Shown one piece after another: positions 8,149-17,659 of a stretch of DNA of 51,905 nucleotides. Positions within the stretch are counted from its first letter, which is position 1; each line of letters starts with the position of its first letter. The notes under the pieces were generated by a model. The model ran no database searches and was not told the DNA's origin. It saw only the letters and a program-made list of their open reading frames with translations. Source of the DNA: a virus; IMG/VR virus record IMGVR_UViG_3300017963_000332, positions 1-51,905 of that record; one strand, given 5' to 3'. Position numbers and translations under genes: made by a program.

Positions 8149-9039
8149 ATGAATAGATCACAATTCAACAAATCAGTAGTACCCGGTTTGTTCTCCTTCA
8201 TGACGTCCTCGTTTCAGTCAAGACCTGCATTTTGGTCTAAAGTAACGACGGTTAAGTCATCCCGGAGAGCATATGAGGAATCGGCTTACTATTCTGGTTT
8301 AGGGCTATTGCCTGAAAAGCCGGAAGGTGAGAAAATTGTCTACGATGATTTCATCCAAGGTCCTACCAAGAGATGGACGCATGCAACTTATGCACTTGGT
8401 GTAAGGATTACGGAAGAGATGATCGAGGACGCGTTGTATCCTGACATCCCTACAGAGATGTCTGATATGACTAAAGAGTTAGGTCACTCTGCAAAAGAGA
8501 CCATTGAGGTTTTAGTCCATGATATTTACAATGGAACATCTAAAACCGCGGGTGATGGCGTTGCTGTCTTTAGTGCGTCTCACACTAAATTAGGTGGTGG
8601 GACATGGTCCAACCTCCTTAACCCAGCTGCAGACCTAGCTGTTGCTTCATTGCGTACAGCTATCACTGAGATGGAGAACACAACTGATGATAGAAGCAAG
8701 CAACAGGTTGTAAAACCTAAATATATCATGGTTGCTCCTGATGGTGAATGGACTGCTCGGGAAATCCTAAACTCAGCATATGATCCTGAGTCTGCAAATA
8801 ACGCGATTAACCCTCTGCAAAGTCGTAACTTGCAGTTGATCGTTAATCCTTATTTGACTGATGACGATGCTTGGTTCTTGATCGCAGATAAGAATCCTTT
8901 CATCACATTCATGAGACGTAAGGTGAAGTTTGCTAAGGATGGGGATTTTGAAACTGGCGATGCTAAGTTCAAGACCAGCTTCAGAATCAGTACTGAGGTG
9001 AACTACCCTCTCGGCGTTTACAAAAGCGCTGGAGCTTAG
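8149..9039 (+). CDS. Major capsid protein, HK97-fold type (296 aa)
   Basis: AAGGAGAT RBS. Size, position and sequence pattern (YYSGLGLLPEKPEGEKIVYDD...ITEEMIEDALY...NPYLTDDDAWFL) resemble Mu gpT-like and HK97-like capsid families. Followed by a strong hairpin. Confidence 0.75.
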   Translation: MNRSQFNKSVVPGLFSFMTSSFQSRPAFWSKVTTVKSSRRAYEESAYYSGLGLLPEKPEGEKIVYDDFIQGPTKRWTHATYALGVRITEEMIEDALYPDIPTEMSDMTKELGHSAKETIEVLVHDIYNGTSKTAGDGVAVFSASHTKLGGGTWSNLLNPAADLAVASLRTAITEMENTTDDRSKQQVVKPKYIMVAPDGEWTAREILNSAYDPESANNAINPLQSRNLQLIVNPYLTDDDAWFLIADKNPFITFMRRKVKFAKDGDFETGDAKFKTSFRISTEVNYPLGVYKSAGA

Positions 9040-9048
9040 TAATATATA

Positions 9049-9084
9049 GAATAGGTGTAAGGTACACCTATCTTACACCTATTC
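9049..9084 (+). terminator. Stem-loop after the capsid gene (13-bp stem)
   Basis: GAATAGGTGTAAG, a 10-nt loop, then CTTACACCTATTC. There is no clear U-run, so it may be an attenuator or a transcript-stabilising hairpin. Confidence 0.5.
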
Positions 9085-9146
9085 TACACTTGTCACGAGT
9101 GGTTTAAGTCCCAGTGCAACTCTGGGAGACAGGAAGGAGAGTTAAA

Positions 9147-9659
9147 ATGGGAGTAACCAAATTTCCATATGGTGTCGGTTATGATAACGATAATAAAATT
9201 GATTCAAGTGGTTTGACGATTGGCGGTACAGCTTTAACAGCGACTATTGCTGAATTAAACGCTATGTCTGGGGGCGGACTTTCAGACACAGAGCTTCAAA
9301 TCCTTGATGGTGCTACTGTGACCACTACAGAGCTGAACAGGCTCGATGACTCTGCAGAGACAGAGACCATTGATTCTGGAGCTGCTGCAGACGCAACAAT
9401 CTTCCATACCGCTATTGACAACACCACAAGTGGCGCAGGTGCTATCACGCTTGCTGCTCCTGGTGCTGCAATGCTCGGTAAGGTTAAGATTATTGAGATG
9501 ACAGTTGATAATGGTGATGTTACCTTAGCGTTAACGAACGTTACAGGCGGAAGCGCTGCTACAACTTGTACTTGGTCAGCAGTTGATCAGGCGCTTGTTT
9601 TAGTTGGCGGAACAAATAAATGGCATGTAATCGCTGAATCAGGCGTTGCCTTAACCTAA
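9147..9659 (+). CDS. Structural protein (170 aa) with ELN..LDG-type fibre motifs
   Basis: ATG 9147 follows AGGAAGGAGAG. The track ORF begins at an upstream GTG. Contains IAELNAMSGGG..ELQILDGATVTTTELNRLD. Confidence 0.6.
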   Translation: MGVTKFPYGVGYDNDNKIDSSGLTIGGTALTATIAELNAMSGGGLSDTELQILDGATVTTTELNRLDDSAETETIDSGAAADATIFHTAIDNTTSGAGAITLAAPGAAMLGKVKIIEMTVDNGDVTLALTNVTGGSAATTCTWSAVDQALVLVGGTNKWHVIAESGVALT

Positions 9660-9680
9660 TCACAACCCAAGAGGGCTTCT

Positions 9681-10277
9681 ATGGCATATGGAGCACTACA
9701 ACTTTGGGACTGTGATAGGTGCGGTTTTACATACAATAAGCAAGAATTATCACGCCAGCGGGGGTTATTGCTGTGCAGCGACTGCAGAGACGATACGAAG
9801 AAGATCAAAGTTCCGAACATTAAGTGGCTGTCGCCTAGAGATAATAGTACGACAACCACAGCAGTCAACTCCCCTACTGTTTACACAATAACTGCCGCTG
9901 GCGGTATAAATGCGTTAAGACAGTCCCGCGAGTATGATAATGAAGGCGGACGACGTATATTTCATATGTACGTTGTAAGTGACGGCGGAGCTATCGATAT
10001 TACCGCATCTCCTCAAATCGTTGCCGGTCAGCAAGGCGACGTTCTTACCTTACACGGAACTTCAGATACAGATACAATTAAACTTGACGATTCTGATGGT
10101 CTTTTAGCTAATACGGATAAGCAAATGATTTTAGCAGATGGGGACACCATAACTTTTGTATATAACGATTTTACTTCAGACCCTTACGGTCAATGGGGCA
10201 CGGACGAATGGGGTCTTGATTGGGGCGGAATAACCACTGGTTGGGTGGAGACGTCACGATATAAGGGAGGAATATAA
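9681..10277 (+). CDS. Structural protein with N-terminal Cys4 zinc ribbon (198 aa)
   Basis: CDRCG...CSDC near the N-terminus. Abuts the fibre gene. Confidence 0.6.
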   Translation: MAYGALQLWDCDRCGFTYNKQELSRQRGLLLCSDCRDDTKKIKVPNIKWLSPRDNSTTTTAVNSPTVYTITAAGGINALRQSREYDNEGGRRIFHMYVVSDGGAIDITASPQIVAGQQGDVLTLHGTSDTDTIKLDDSDGLLANTDKQMILADGDTITFVYNDFTSDPYGQWGTDEWGLDWGGITTGWVETSRYKGGI

Positions 10278-11963
10278 ATGGGAACGACTACAACCAATTA
10301 TAATCTATATAAGCCTGACGTCGGTGAAACTGGTTGGGGCGCATCTCGTAACTCCTCCATCGATGTCGTTGACACGACAATGAAGACGAATGAAGATAAT
10401 ATAACAACGAATACTGCGGCTATTGCGCTGAATACAACGCATAGGACTTCCGACGGCACGGACCATGCTAATGTTGTCCTCAATGATACGCATAGAGCTT
10501 CTGATGGAACGGACCACGCTAATGTTGTTCTTAATGATACGCATAGAGCTTCTGACGGCACGGACCATGCTAATGTTGTTTTGAATGACACGCATAGAGC
10601 GTCTGATGGAACGGACCACTCTGCTGTAGTTTTGAATAATACCCATAGGACAGGCGACGGAAGTGATCACGCGGATGTGGCAACCAACAGCGCTCACGTT
10701 GGAACCACACATGATTACGCGTTTATTACAGGGAATGATGGGGCGACAGACGTTACAGCGGCTGAGCTTGAAGAGCTTACGGATGGTTCCGTTACGGCGC
10801 TTCATAGTCATGCCGGAGGTGGGATTACGTTGCAAACTGCTTTTGATGCTGGTCAGACGATTACGATAGCTGATACGGATAACCAAACATTGGCTATCAC
10901 TAATAATGATACGACCAACGACCCAGAAACTGTTACCATTACAAATGCTGGAACTAACCATGCTTTGAATATAACTCAGAGTGGTGATTTAGCTGGTGGT
11001 GATTATGGTTTATATGTCTATTCTAACACAGCACAATCAGCGTCTAATTTAGTACGTATTCATTCTGACAATGCAAGTTCCAATCAAGCTGTTGCAGCTA
11101 TTATCAATGATGGAACTGGGCAAGCTCAATATATAGGACAAGTTGGAAATGGTACAGCAGTAGAAATAGACAATGACGGAACAGGACATGGCTTATATAT
11201 CCATCAAGATGGAGCATTGGCTTCATCTAAAGCAGGCATAAACCTTTATTCAGCTGCAACGCATGGTGCTGGGAGCTACCTGTTGAACGTTACTGACGAT
11301 GATCCAAGTTCTAATGCTGGGCACACTACAGCTTTTATACGCGGCGATAGTGCTGGTAAAGTTATGCAGATTCAGCACAACACAACAGTGCTTGCTACAA
11401 ACCAGCACGTGCTGTATATAGAGAATACTACAGCAGATATTGCGGCGGATGCAGCGACAGTTAAAATTGTTCAGAGCAGCGGTAGTGCGACAGAACCTGT
11501 CCTTGAGATAGCAAATTCAGGCTCAGGAGCTGATATTGAAAAAGCATCTGGAAATTTGACTCTTAATGATCCTAATGCAGGTCCATTGACTTTGTCTGAA
11601 CTTGCCACATCAGGCATTTCTTTCATCATAGATGGAGGAGGCTCTGCGATCACAACAGGTATTAAAGGTGATCTTGAAATACCTTTTGATTGCACAATTC
11701 AGCAAGCGACACTTTTGCTTGACCAATCAGCTACGTTTACTCTTGATATCTGGAAAGACACTTATGCTAACTTTCCTCCAACGGTAGCTGATACTATAAC
11801 GGCTGCAGCCAAGCCAAGCACAAGTGCAGCGACTAAAGACCAAGACTCTACGCTTACAGGATGGACGACATCCGTATCAGCTGGAGATATTATAAGATTC
11901 AATGTGGACGCTAACGATAATGCGACACGTGCAACTATTTCATTGAAAGTGATTAAGACATAA
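10278..11963 (+). CDS. Tail fibre/spike protein with His-rich 17-aa repeats and a beta-helix-like body (561 aa)
   Basis: GGAGGAAT RBS. Five copies of THRASDGTDHANVVLND, then repetitive N/G/T-rich segments (NHALNITQSG, GHGLYIHQDG). Confidence 0.65.
   Translation: MGTTTTNYNLYKPDVGETGWGASRNSSIDVVDTTMKTNEDNITTNTAAIALNTTHRTSDGTDHANVVLNDTHRASDGTDHANVVLNDTHRASDGTDHANVVLNDTHRASDGTDHSAVVLNNTHRTGDGSDHADVATNSAHVGTTHDYAFITGNDGATDVTAAELEELTDGSVTALHSHAGGGITLQTAFDAGQTITIADTDNQTLAITNNDTTNDPETVTITNAGTNHALNITQSGDLAGGDYGLYVYSNTAQSASNLVRIHSDNASSNQAVAAIINDGTGQAQYIGQVGNGTAVEIDNDGTGHGLYIHQDGALASSKAGINLYSAATHGAGSYLLNVTDDDPSSNAGHTTAFIRGDSAGKVMQIQHNTTVLATNQHVLYIENTTADIAADAATVKIVQSSGSATEPVLEIANSGSGADIEKASGNLTLNDPNAGPLTLSELATSGISFIIDGGGSAITTGIKGDLEIPFDCTIQQATLLLDQSATFTLDIWKDTYANFPPTVADTITAAAKPSTSAATKDQDSTLTGWTTSVSAGDIIRFNVDANDNATRATISLKVIKT
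10437..10691 (+). repeat. Five in-frame tandem 51-nt repeats (17 aa: T-H-R-x-S/G-D-G-T/S-D-H-A-N/D-V-V/A-L/T-N-D/N/S)
   Basis: Read directly. Copies differ mainly at synonymous positions; the last copy is degenerate. Confidence 0.9.
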
Positions 11964-14900
11964 TGGCTGGATTAGATAGTAATACAAAATTATTGCTTCA
12001 TTTTGATGGTGCAGATGGGTTAAGAACTGCGTACGCTCATTTTAAATGCAATGACAATGCAGCCAGCACAACTGTGACGGATGATGGGTCAGGTGGGAAT
12101 AATGGAACTTCATCAACGAATACGAGTAATCTTAGCACGACAGGAAAAGTTAATGAGGCGTTTGATTTAGTCGCAAGCAATTCAGAGTATTTTGAAAGTG
12201 CTGGAGCTGGTTCAGGTATTGCAAGCGACACAACAGGATCCCTCTCTTTCTGGGTTTACCCAACTGCAGACGATTCAAATTACTATGTGTCTATCGCAGA
12301 TAAGAGCGCGTATGAATTCTTATATGTAAGAAGACTTGCTACGAACGATAAGATTGCTGTTCATTGTTATCTTGGTGTAACGAATTCTTGGCAGTGGCAG
12401 ACGGCAGATAATACCTGTCCTATAAACACATGGACGCACGTTACTGTTGTTCAAAATGGGACAAGTCCTTCTGTGTATATTAATGGTAGTGTTAGTGGTT
12501 CTCTTACGACATCAGATGACACCACCACTTGGCTTGCTGATGTGACAGCTGTTGATGCCTTTATTGTAGGAGCTTATTATAATTCTGGATATACTGGATA
12601 CCCTGATGCAAGAGTAGATGATATTCGGTATTACAAATGGGTATTAACTTCTGATGACGTGTCAACTCTTTACAATGGTGGCGACGGAACAGAAGCAACG
12701 CTTATAGAAGACGCTTCTGGAAATCATACAGATATTGTTTCTTACAATACAGCACAACTTGACTCATCTCCTTTTTATACAACAACCGTTGCTTCGTTTA
12801 ATGGGTCAAGTTCGTATGTTTCAATGGCAGACTCTGCTGATTGGGACTTTGTAGGCAACAATACAGACAGCAAGACTGTTGAATGCTGGTTCAAATTGAA
12901 AGCTACAACTTCAGCGACGCTGTTCAGTCATTACGAAGCCAATACTGACCACTGGAGAGTGTTCTATGCTTCTGGTAGTGGCTTTAAGTTCTACTGTGAG
13001 CATACTGGAGGCACAGGTTCTATTGACTCTGGGTATGGTGGAACTGTTGACGCTGGTTTATGGCATCATCTTGCTCTTGTTAAAGTGGCTGATGAGTATG
13101 CCATCTATATAGATGGACAGCAAGTTAACTATGTACAAGATTCAGATACAGATACTTTTTCTGGCTTGTTCTACATAGGGCAGAAAGGGAACAGCACTGA
13201 ATGGGTTGATGGCTTCATGTCAGAGATTAGGTATTATGTCGGCAATCCTTTTTCTGCCTCACCAACATCTGGAGAAACAGATACAATAACGGTACCTACG
13301 TCACCTCATACATCAGACAGCAATACAAAACTTCTTCTTCATCTTGACAAGAATTTTGATGACGATGGAAACACTGGACATACTATACAAAATTCAAATG
13401 TAACTTTTGATAAACCAGGAAGATTTGGGGGAAGTTCATTAGTACTTGATGGAAACAGTGATTATTTAACGCTTCCGGATAGTGCTGATTGGGATATTGG
13501 AGCATCGTCGTCCTCTAATTGGGTCGTTGACGGGTGGTTTAACTTCAATTCAGTTGGGGCTAATCAATATTTGATATGCCAATTTGAAGATGGAAATAAC
13601 ACTTGGTCGTTAGTTTACAATACAGGGACAAGTTCACAGTTCGTGTTTGTGTCTGGCGGCGTTGCCAAAATAAATATGGCTGGTCCTGTGTTGTATACGG
13701 ATAGATGGTACCACTTAGCTGTGTGTAAACTTGGAGAATTATGGGGACTTTATATTGACGGAATTCAGGTTGCTTATGATACTACATCCGACACAGATAC
13801 TTTCTCAACAATACTTACCATTGGGCGACGACCAGACGGAACAAGATATTTTTCGGGTAACGCTGATGAATTACGAATCCAAAATAGTGATTATTTCAGC
13901 TCTGCTCCTCTTCCAGAGCCGTATGCTTGGTATCGCCTTAATGAAGTAAAGACAAGCAATACAAATGTAAGAGATGATGGTAGCGGAGCAAATGATGGTA
14001 CTGCGTCTACAAACACAACAAATCTTGGTGATACACAGGGTAAAGCTATTGGGCAGTTAGGAACAGCTGGACATACTAATGGAACTGACCCTAATGGAAC
14101 TACTGAATGTTCTGTTGCAAACGATACGAGTCTTGACTTGAGCTCAAGTACAGACTGGACTATTGAGATGCGGATACAGTGGCACCAGGCTGCTGCTAAC
14201 TGCTATTGGATGATTGGAAGATGGGATTCCGGTAACAGACAGTGGTTTATGGTTCTGTCTAATGGAACAACTTCCACAGGGTATCTCAGATTTGCCTATA
14301 CAACAGATGGAAGTTCTAATGTTAACGTTGACTTTGGTAAATCAGCTGGAGATTTTGTTCCTATTCTTGAGAAATGGTATCACATCGCTATGGTCAGAAC
14401 AGGGGGATACATCTATGCTTATATAGATGGAAAACTCTATGGAACGCCACATTATATAGGCACTACCAATTTCTATGGCGGCTCATCTGCTGTTCGCTTT
14501 CCTTCAAGTTTAACAACTTATGGGGCATCAACTCATTGTTCTTTTGAAGAAGTAAGGGTTTCTAAAGGTATTGCTCGGTGGACTGACGAGTTTGATGTGC
14601 CGACAACGCAGTATACTTCAGATGCTAACACGTCACTGCTTGTTCACGCAGATGGTTCTATTGTGGATAGCAGCAGCAATGGGCACACAGTAACAACAAC
14701 AGATGTTGGGTTAGGCGGATATGATTTTAATGGAAGTTCTGAATATATTGAATGTGATGCTCTTTCTGCTGACATAAAAACAGATACTGTTGGTTCTGTA
14801 TCAATGTGGATAAACCCAGATTCGTCTCATAAAGCAGTTCTTTTTAGCATTGGAGATACTGATGCTGATTCGTATTTTATGATAAGAACGAATTTAACTG

Positions 14901-15340
14901 GGACAAACTTTGAATTTGCTGTGCGGTCTTCGGCAGGAAATGATGAGTGGAGAGGAACAGCAGGAACAACGACTACATCTTGGCAACATATTGTTTTAGT
15001 TCAAGATGGGACCGCGCCTAAATTTTATATTGATGGTGTTGAGAAGACTATTACATTTTCTGCCTCAGCTGATTTAACTGCTTGGATGAATGATGCTACA
15101 AACATTGACAATGGAATGATTGGTTGTAGTGATTGGGCAGGGGATGGAAAACTAAACTTCTTCAATGGAATAATGGACGATTTCCGTTATTACCAAGGCG
15201 TAGCCTTAACTGCTGATCAAGTTGCCAAGATATATAATGACGGTAATGGCAGAACAGAGCCACAGGATACTATTGATGTACCAACAGAAGAGTATTCTGA
15301 AGACGCGGTAGGCTATAGTCAGGGGGTTATCATCGTATGA
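11963..15340 (+). CDS. Giant fibre/receptor-binding protein with five tandem LamG-like (concanavalin A-like lectin) modules (1125 aa)
   Basis: Five copies of the W-x-H-[ILV]-[ATV]-[LMV]-V...Y[IV][DN]G core: WTHVTVVQNG, WHHLALVKV, WYHLAVCKL, WYHIAMVRT, WQHIVLVQDG. Also DDIRYY, SEIRYY and DDFRYY, with linkers DSNTKLLLHFDG, DSNTKLLLHLD and DANTSLLVHADG. Confidence 0.75.
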   Translation: MAGLDSNTKLLLHFDGADGLRTAYAHFKCNDNAASTTVTDDGSGGNNGTSSTNTSNLSTTGKVNEAFDLVASNSEYFESAGAGSGIASDTTGSLSFWVYPTADDSNYYVSIADKSAYEFLYVRRLATNDKIAVHCYLGVTNSWQWQTADNTCPINTWTHVTVVQNGTSPSVYINGSVSGSLTTSDDTTTWLADVTAVDAFIVGAYYNSGYTGYPDARVDDIRYYKWVLTSDDVSTLYNGGDGTEATLIEDASGNHTDIVSYNTAQLDSSPFYTTTVASFNGSSSYVSMADSADWDFVGNNTDSKTVECWFKLKATTSATLFSHYEANTDHWRVFYASGSGFKFYCEHTGGTGSIDSGYGGTVDAGLWHHLALVKVADEYAIYIDGQQVNYVQDSDTDTFSGLFYIGQKGNSTEWVDGFMSEIRYYVGNPFSASPTSGETDTITVPTSPHTSDSNTKLLLHLDKNFDDDGNTGHTIQNSNVTFDKPGRFGGSSLVLDGNSDYLTLPDSADWDIGASSSSNWVVDGWFNFNSVGANQYLICQFEDGNNTWSLVYNTGTSSQFVFVSGGVAKINMAGPVLYTDRWYHLAVCKLGELWGLYIDGIQVAYDTTSDTDTFSTILTIGRRPDGTRYFSGNADELRIQNSDYFSSAPLPEPYAWYRLNEVKTSNTNVRDDGSGANDGTASTNTTNLGDTQGKAIGQLGTAGHTNGTDPNGTTECSVANDTSLDLSSSTDWTIEMRIQWHQAAANCYWMIGRWDSGNRQWFMVLSNGTTSTGYLRFAYTTDGSSNVNVDFGKSAGDFVPILEKWYHIAMVRTGGYIYAYIDGKLYGTPHYIGTTNFYGGSSAVRFPSSLTTYGASTHCSFEEVRVSKGIARWTDEFDVPTTQYTSDANTSLLVHADGSIVDSSSNGHTVTTTDVGLGGYDFNGSSEYIECDALSADIKTDTVGSVSMWINPDSSHKAVLFSIGDTDADSYFMIRTNLTGTNFEFAVRSSAGNDEWRGTAGTTTTSWQHIVLVQDGTAPKFYIDGVEKTITFSASADLTAWMNDATNIDNGMIGCSDWAGDGKLNFFNGIMDDFRYYQGVALTADQVAKIYNDGNGRTEPQDTIDVPTEEYSEDAVGYSQGVIIV

Positions 15341-15489
15341 CTGGTAAGGTTATTATCTCGTTTCTTATCTTGGCTATTGCGTTGCTTTGGGTTAAAGTAA
15401 TGGTATTAGAAGACAATATGTTTAAATTTAATAACGCGATCAAAACATTAGCCGGAGGGTTGATGGAACTCAAAAGAGGAGGGCACTAA
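15337..15489 (+). CDS. Small membrane protein (50 aa, one TM helix)
   Basis: ATGA overlap upstream and TAATG overlap downstream. Hydrophobic segment IISFLILAIALLWVKVMV. Hand translated. Confidence 0.45.
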   Translation: MTGKVIISFLILAIALLWVKVMVLEDNMFKFNNAIKTLAGGLMELKRGGH

Positions 15490-15833
15490 TGGCTCATATG
15501 GGTGTGTATCAATTATGGACGGCAGAAGCCATAGCAACGTCTAGCGCAGTTACATCTGAAGCGATTGATATTGCTAATCTTTCTGCTGCAGCAGTACACG
15601 TTACTGCTTTAACCGGAACAACTCCAGACGTAACGTTTACTTATACGCTTAGCAATAGTAAGGAAGGCACATATGTTGCTGGAGATGCTACCATAGGCGC
15701 TAACGTAAGCGCGGCTGGTATCTTTGACTTTACTCCGGAAGCTGGGAGATTTATAAAGATCACAGCGACTAACAATAGCGGCGCTAACATTGCTACTTTG
15801 ACAGCACAGTTAGCCGTCCAAGAAATGACTTAA
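15489..15833 (+). CDS. Hypothetical structural protein (114 aa)
   Basis: Translationally coupled ORF with beta-rich composition. Confidence 0.6.
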   Translation: MAHMGVYQLWTAEAIATSSAVTSEAIDIANLSAAAVHVTALTGTTPDVTFTYTLSNSKEGTYVAGDATIGANVSAAGIFDFTPEAGRFIKITATNNSGANIATLTAQLAVQEMT

Positions 15834-15843
15834 GGAGGTCGAT

Positions 15844-16353
15844 ATGGGTTTTGCTAAAGGACCTCGTGATGAGGTTAAAGAAGAGAAGACCGTAACCATC
15901 ATTAAAAAGGTCATCCAAGAGCCTAAGTTTGAAGAGGTGCAGATAGCTAAGCCTGTATTCAAAGAGGTGATCGTTGAGAAGCCTGTTATTAAAGAGGTTG
16001 AGGTCGTTGTGGAAAAGCCGGTCATCAAGGAAATTGAAAAAGTTGTTCAAGTTCCTAAGTATGTCACAAAGGAAATTGAAGTTCCTAAGGTTAAGACTAC
16101 TCCGGTTAATGTCACAGATGCAAAGATCGTTGAAAAGATCGTGCATGTTACTCGAGAAGTCCCTAAGATGAAGGAAGTGGAATACGTGGTACGAGTTCCT
16201 AAGATCGTGTATGCGGAGACGGTTAAAGAAATAATCGTTCCTGTTCTTAAAGAGAAAGAAGTGATCGTTGAACGACCTAAGTTCTTAGAGAAGGTTGTGG
16301 AGTTGATCAAACCTAAATACGTATGTCAAAAATGCGGACATGAGGTGAGATGA
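15844..16353 (+). CDS. Val/Lys/Glu/Pro repeat protein with a C-terminal CxxC motif (169 aa)
   Basis: AAGGAGGTCGAT RBS. Degenerate repeats: EKPVIKEVEVVVEKPVIKEIEKVVQVPKYVTKEIEVPKV...VRVPKIV...ERPKF, ending in CQKCGHEV. Confidence 0.6.
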   Translation: MGFAKGPRDEVKEEKTVTIIKKVIQEPKFEEVQIAKPVFKEVIVEKPVIKEVEVVVEKPVIKEIEKVVQVPKYVTKEIEVPKVKTTPVNVTDAKIVEKIVHVTREVPKMKEVEYVVRVPKIVYAETVKEIIVPVLKEKEVIVERPKFLEKVVELIKPKYVCQKCGHEVR

Positions 16354-16952
16354 GAGCGACCCAGCATACAAAAGAAATAGGCGATTATGATTATTATAAC
16401 AATTACACGCTCACAAATCTATACGTTGAGCAGGTATTTGGATATTACTTATCGACTATAAACATAACGAACGACTCTACAACAGATTCATGTCAGTTCA
16501 GTTATGACGGTGCTACGCTAGCTGGCGAGGTTAAGCCGGGCGAGAGTGTTACGCTTAACGTTAACCAGAAGACGAGCATCTATATTAAGGGAACAGCTGG
16601 CGGGGATAATGTTCGAATATGGGGATACGTGAACGTGCGTGCTTCTGCGGTCACGACAACGTTTGTCCCTCTAGGCGTTGTTAATAAGTCTTATGAAGAT
16701 ACGGTGACCGCAGGGAATAGTCCGATAACTATTGACTTTAACGCTGATTCAGGGAGGAACGCTAAGGACGGGTGGATTAACTGTGATGGAGAAGGAGACC
16801 TAACTGTTGCATTCTCCCGTGACGGTATAACATTTGGAGACGCGTGGACAATGAAAAAAGGTGAGAATACAGGGTTAAGAAATTTTGATATTGACAGCTT
16901 GCGGATCACGCATAGCGGGATAGACTCCGCTTATAGGGTGGTGTTGATCTAA
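16350..16952 (+). CDS. Hypothetical structural protein (200 aa)
   Basis: ATGA overlap with the upstream gene. Beta-rich. Confidence 0.6.
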   Translation: MRATQHTKEIGDYDYYNNYTLTNLYVEQVFGYYLSTINITNDSTTDSCQFSYDGATLAGEVKPGESVTLNVNQKTSIYIKGTAGGDNVRIWGYVNVRASAVTTTFVPLGVVNKSYEDTVTAGNSPITIDFNADSGRNAKDGWINCDGEGDLTVAFSRDGITFGDAWTMKKGENTGLRNFDIDSLRITHSGIDSAYRVVLI

Positions 16953-17006
16953 TGCCGTTAAAAGGACAAGCAAAAGTGGCGCATCATTCTTGTAATAGTA
17001 GTAAGA

Positions 17007-17414
17007 ATGATAAGACTGTCGAGGAGGTGTTGTCTTATCGCGGACTTTAGACCAGCTTTTACGGTTATTGAAGGAGACGTTGATGTTTCATCACAAGCTT
17101 CGTCTGTAGCTGTAAGCGGCACACAAACTAGCGTCGGGTATAACACAGAAACAACTGTGCTTACTCTTACGGCTAACGGAACACGGAATTTAACCCACGT
17201 TTCCTGTTCCGGAGACGCGTATGCAGAATGGCGGTTATATATCAACACTGTCAAAGTGGAGACGCTTAGGTCAGGCGGAGGATTAGGATACAACGTAGAG
17301 TTTACGTGGAGAAATCCTATCTCATTGACCACAGGGACTGTTGTAGATGTGAAAGTAATTCATTACTATAACGGTGAAACAGCAGACTTTAACGCAACAG
17401 CATATGGATTCTAA
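17007..17414 (+). CDS. Hypothetical structural protein (135 aa)
   Basis: Clean ORF, but the start is uncertain because the GAGGAGG lies downstream of ATG 17007. Confidence 0.5.
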   Translation: MIRLSRRCCLIADFRPAFTVIEGDVDVSSQASSVAVSGTQTSVGYNTETTVLTLTANGTRNLTHVSCSGDAYAEWRLYINTVKVETLRSGGGLGYNVEFTWRNPISLTTGTVVDVKVIHYYNGETADFNATAYGF

Positions 17415-17416
17415 AT

Positions 17417-17647
17417 ATGGCAGATCTACCTGTCCCTCAAAATTGGTTAGTTAGCCCTGATGCTGCTATCGAAGAAAAATGGAGGCAGATTCAAATTCAG
17501 GAGAGAAAATCTCGGATTGTTCGACACCAGCAGGACATCGAGGACCTTAAGAATGGTAAAATAAAAGAGCTGGAGATAAAAATAACGATGCTAGAAAAAG
17601 AGATACGGCATCTTGAAGAAAAACAACCGGTTGATGTACAGCCTTAA
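17417..17647 (+). CDS. Small coiled-coil protein (76 aa)
   Basis: Heptad-like segment DIEDLKNGKIKELEIKITMLEKEIRHLEE. Confidence 0.55.
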   Translation: MADLPVPQNWLVSPDAAIEEKWRQIQIQERKSRIVRHQQDIEDLKNGKIKELEIKITMLEKEIRHLEEKQPVDVQP

Positions 17648-17659
17648 AAGGAGGTAGCC

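Noticed and set aside
10437-10691. CRISPR-like regular repeats
   Set aside because: The 51-nt units are directly tandem with no spacers. They lie in frame inside a long fibre ORF and encode a conserved 17-aa peptide.
10305-10961. 218-aa minus-strand ORF (and 10298..10591) antisense to the fibre gene
   Set aside because: It lies entirely inside a well-supported plus-strand gene. The open frame is a by-product of the tandem repeats, and it has no RBS.
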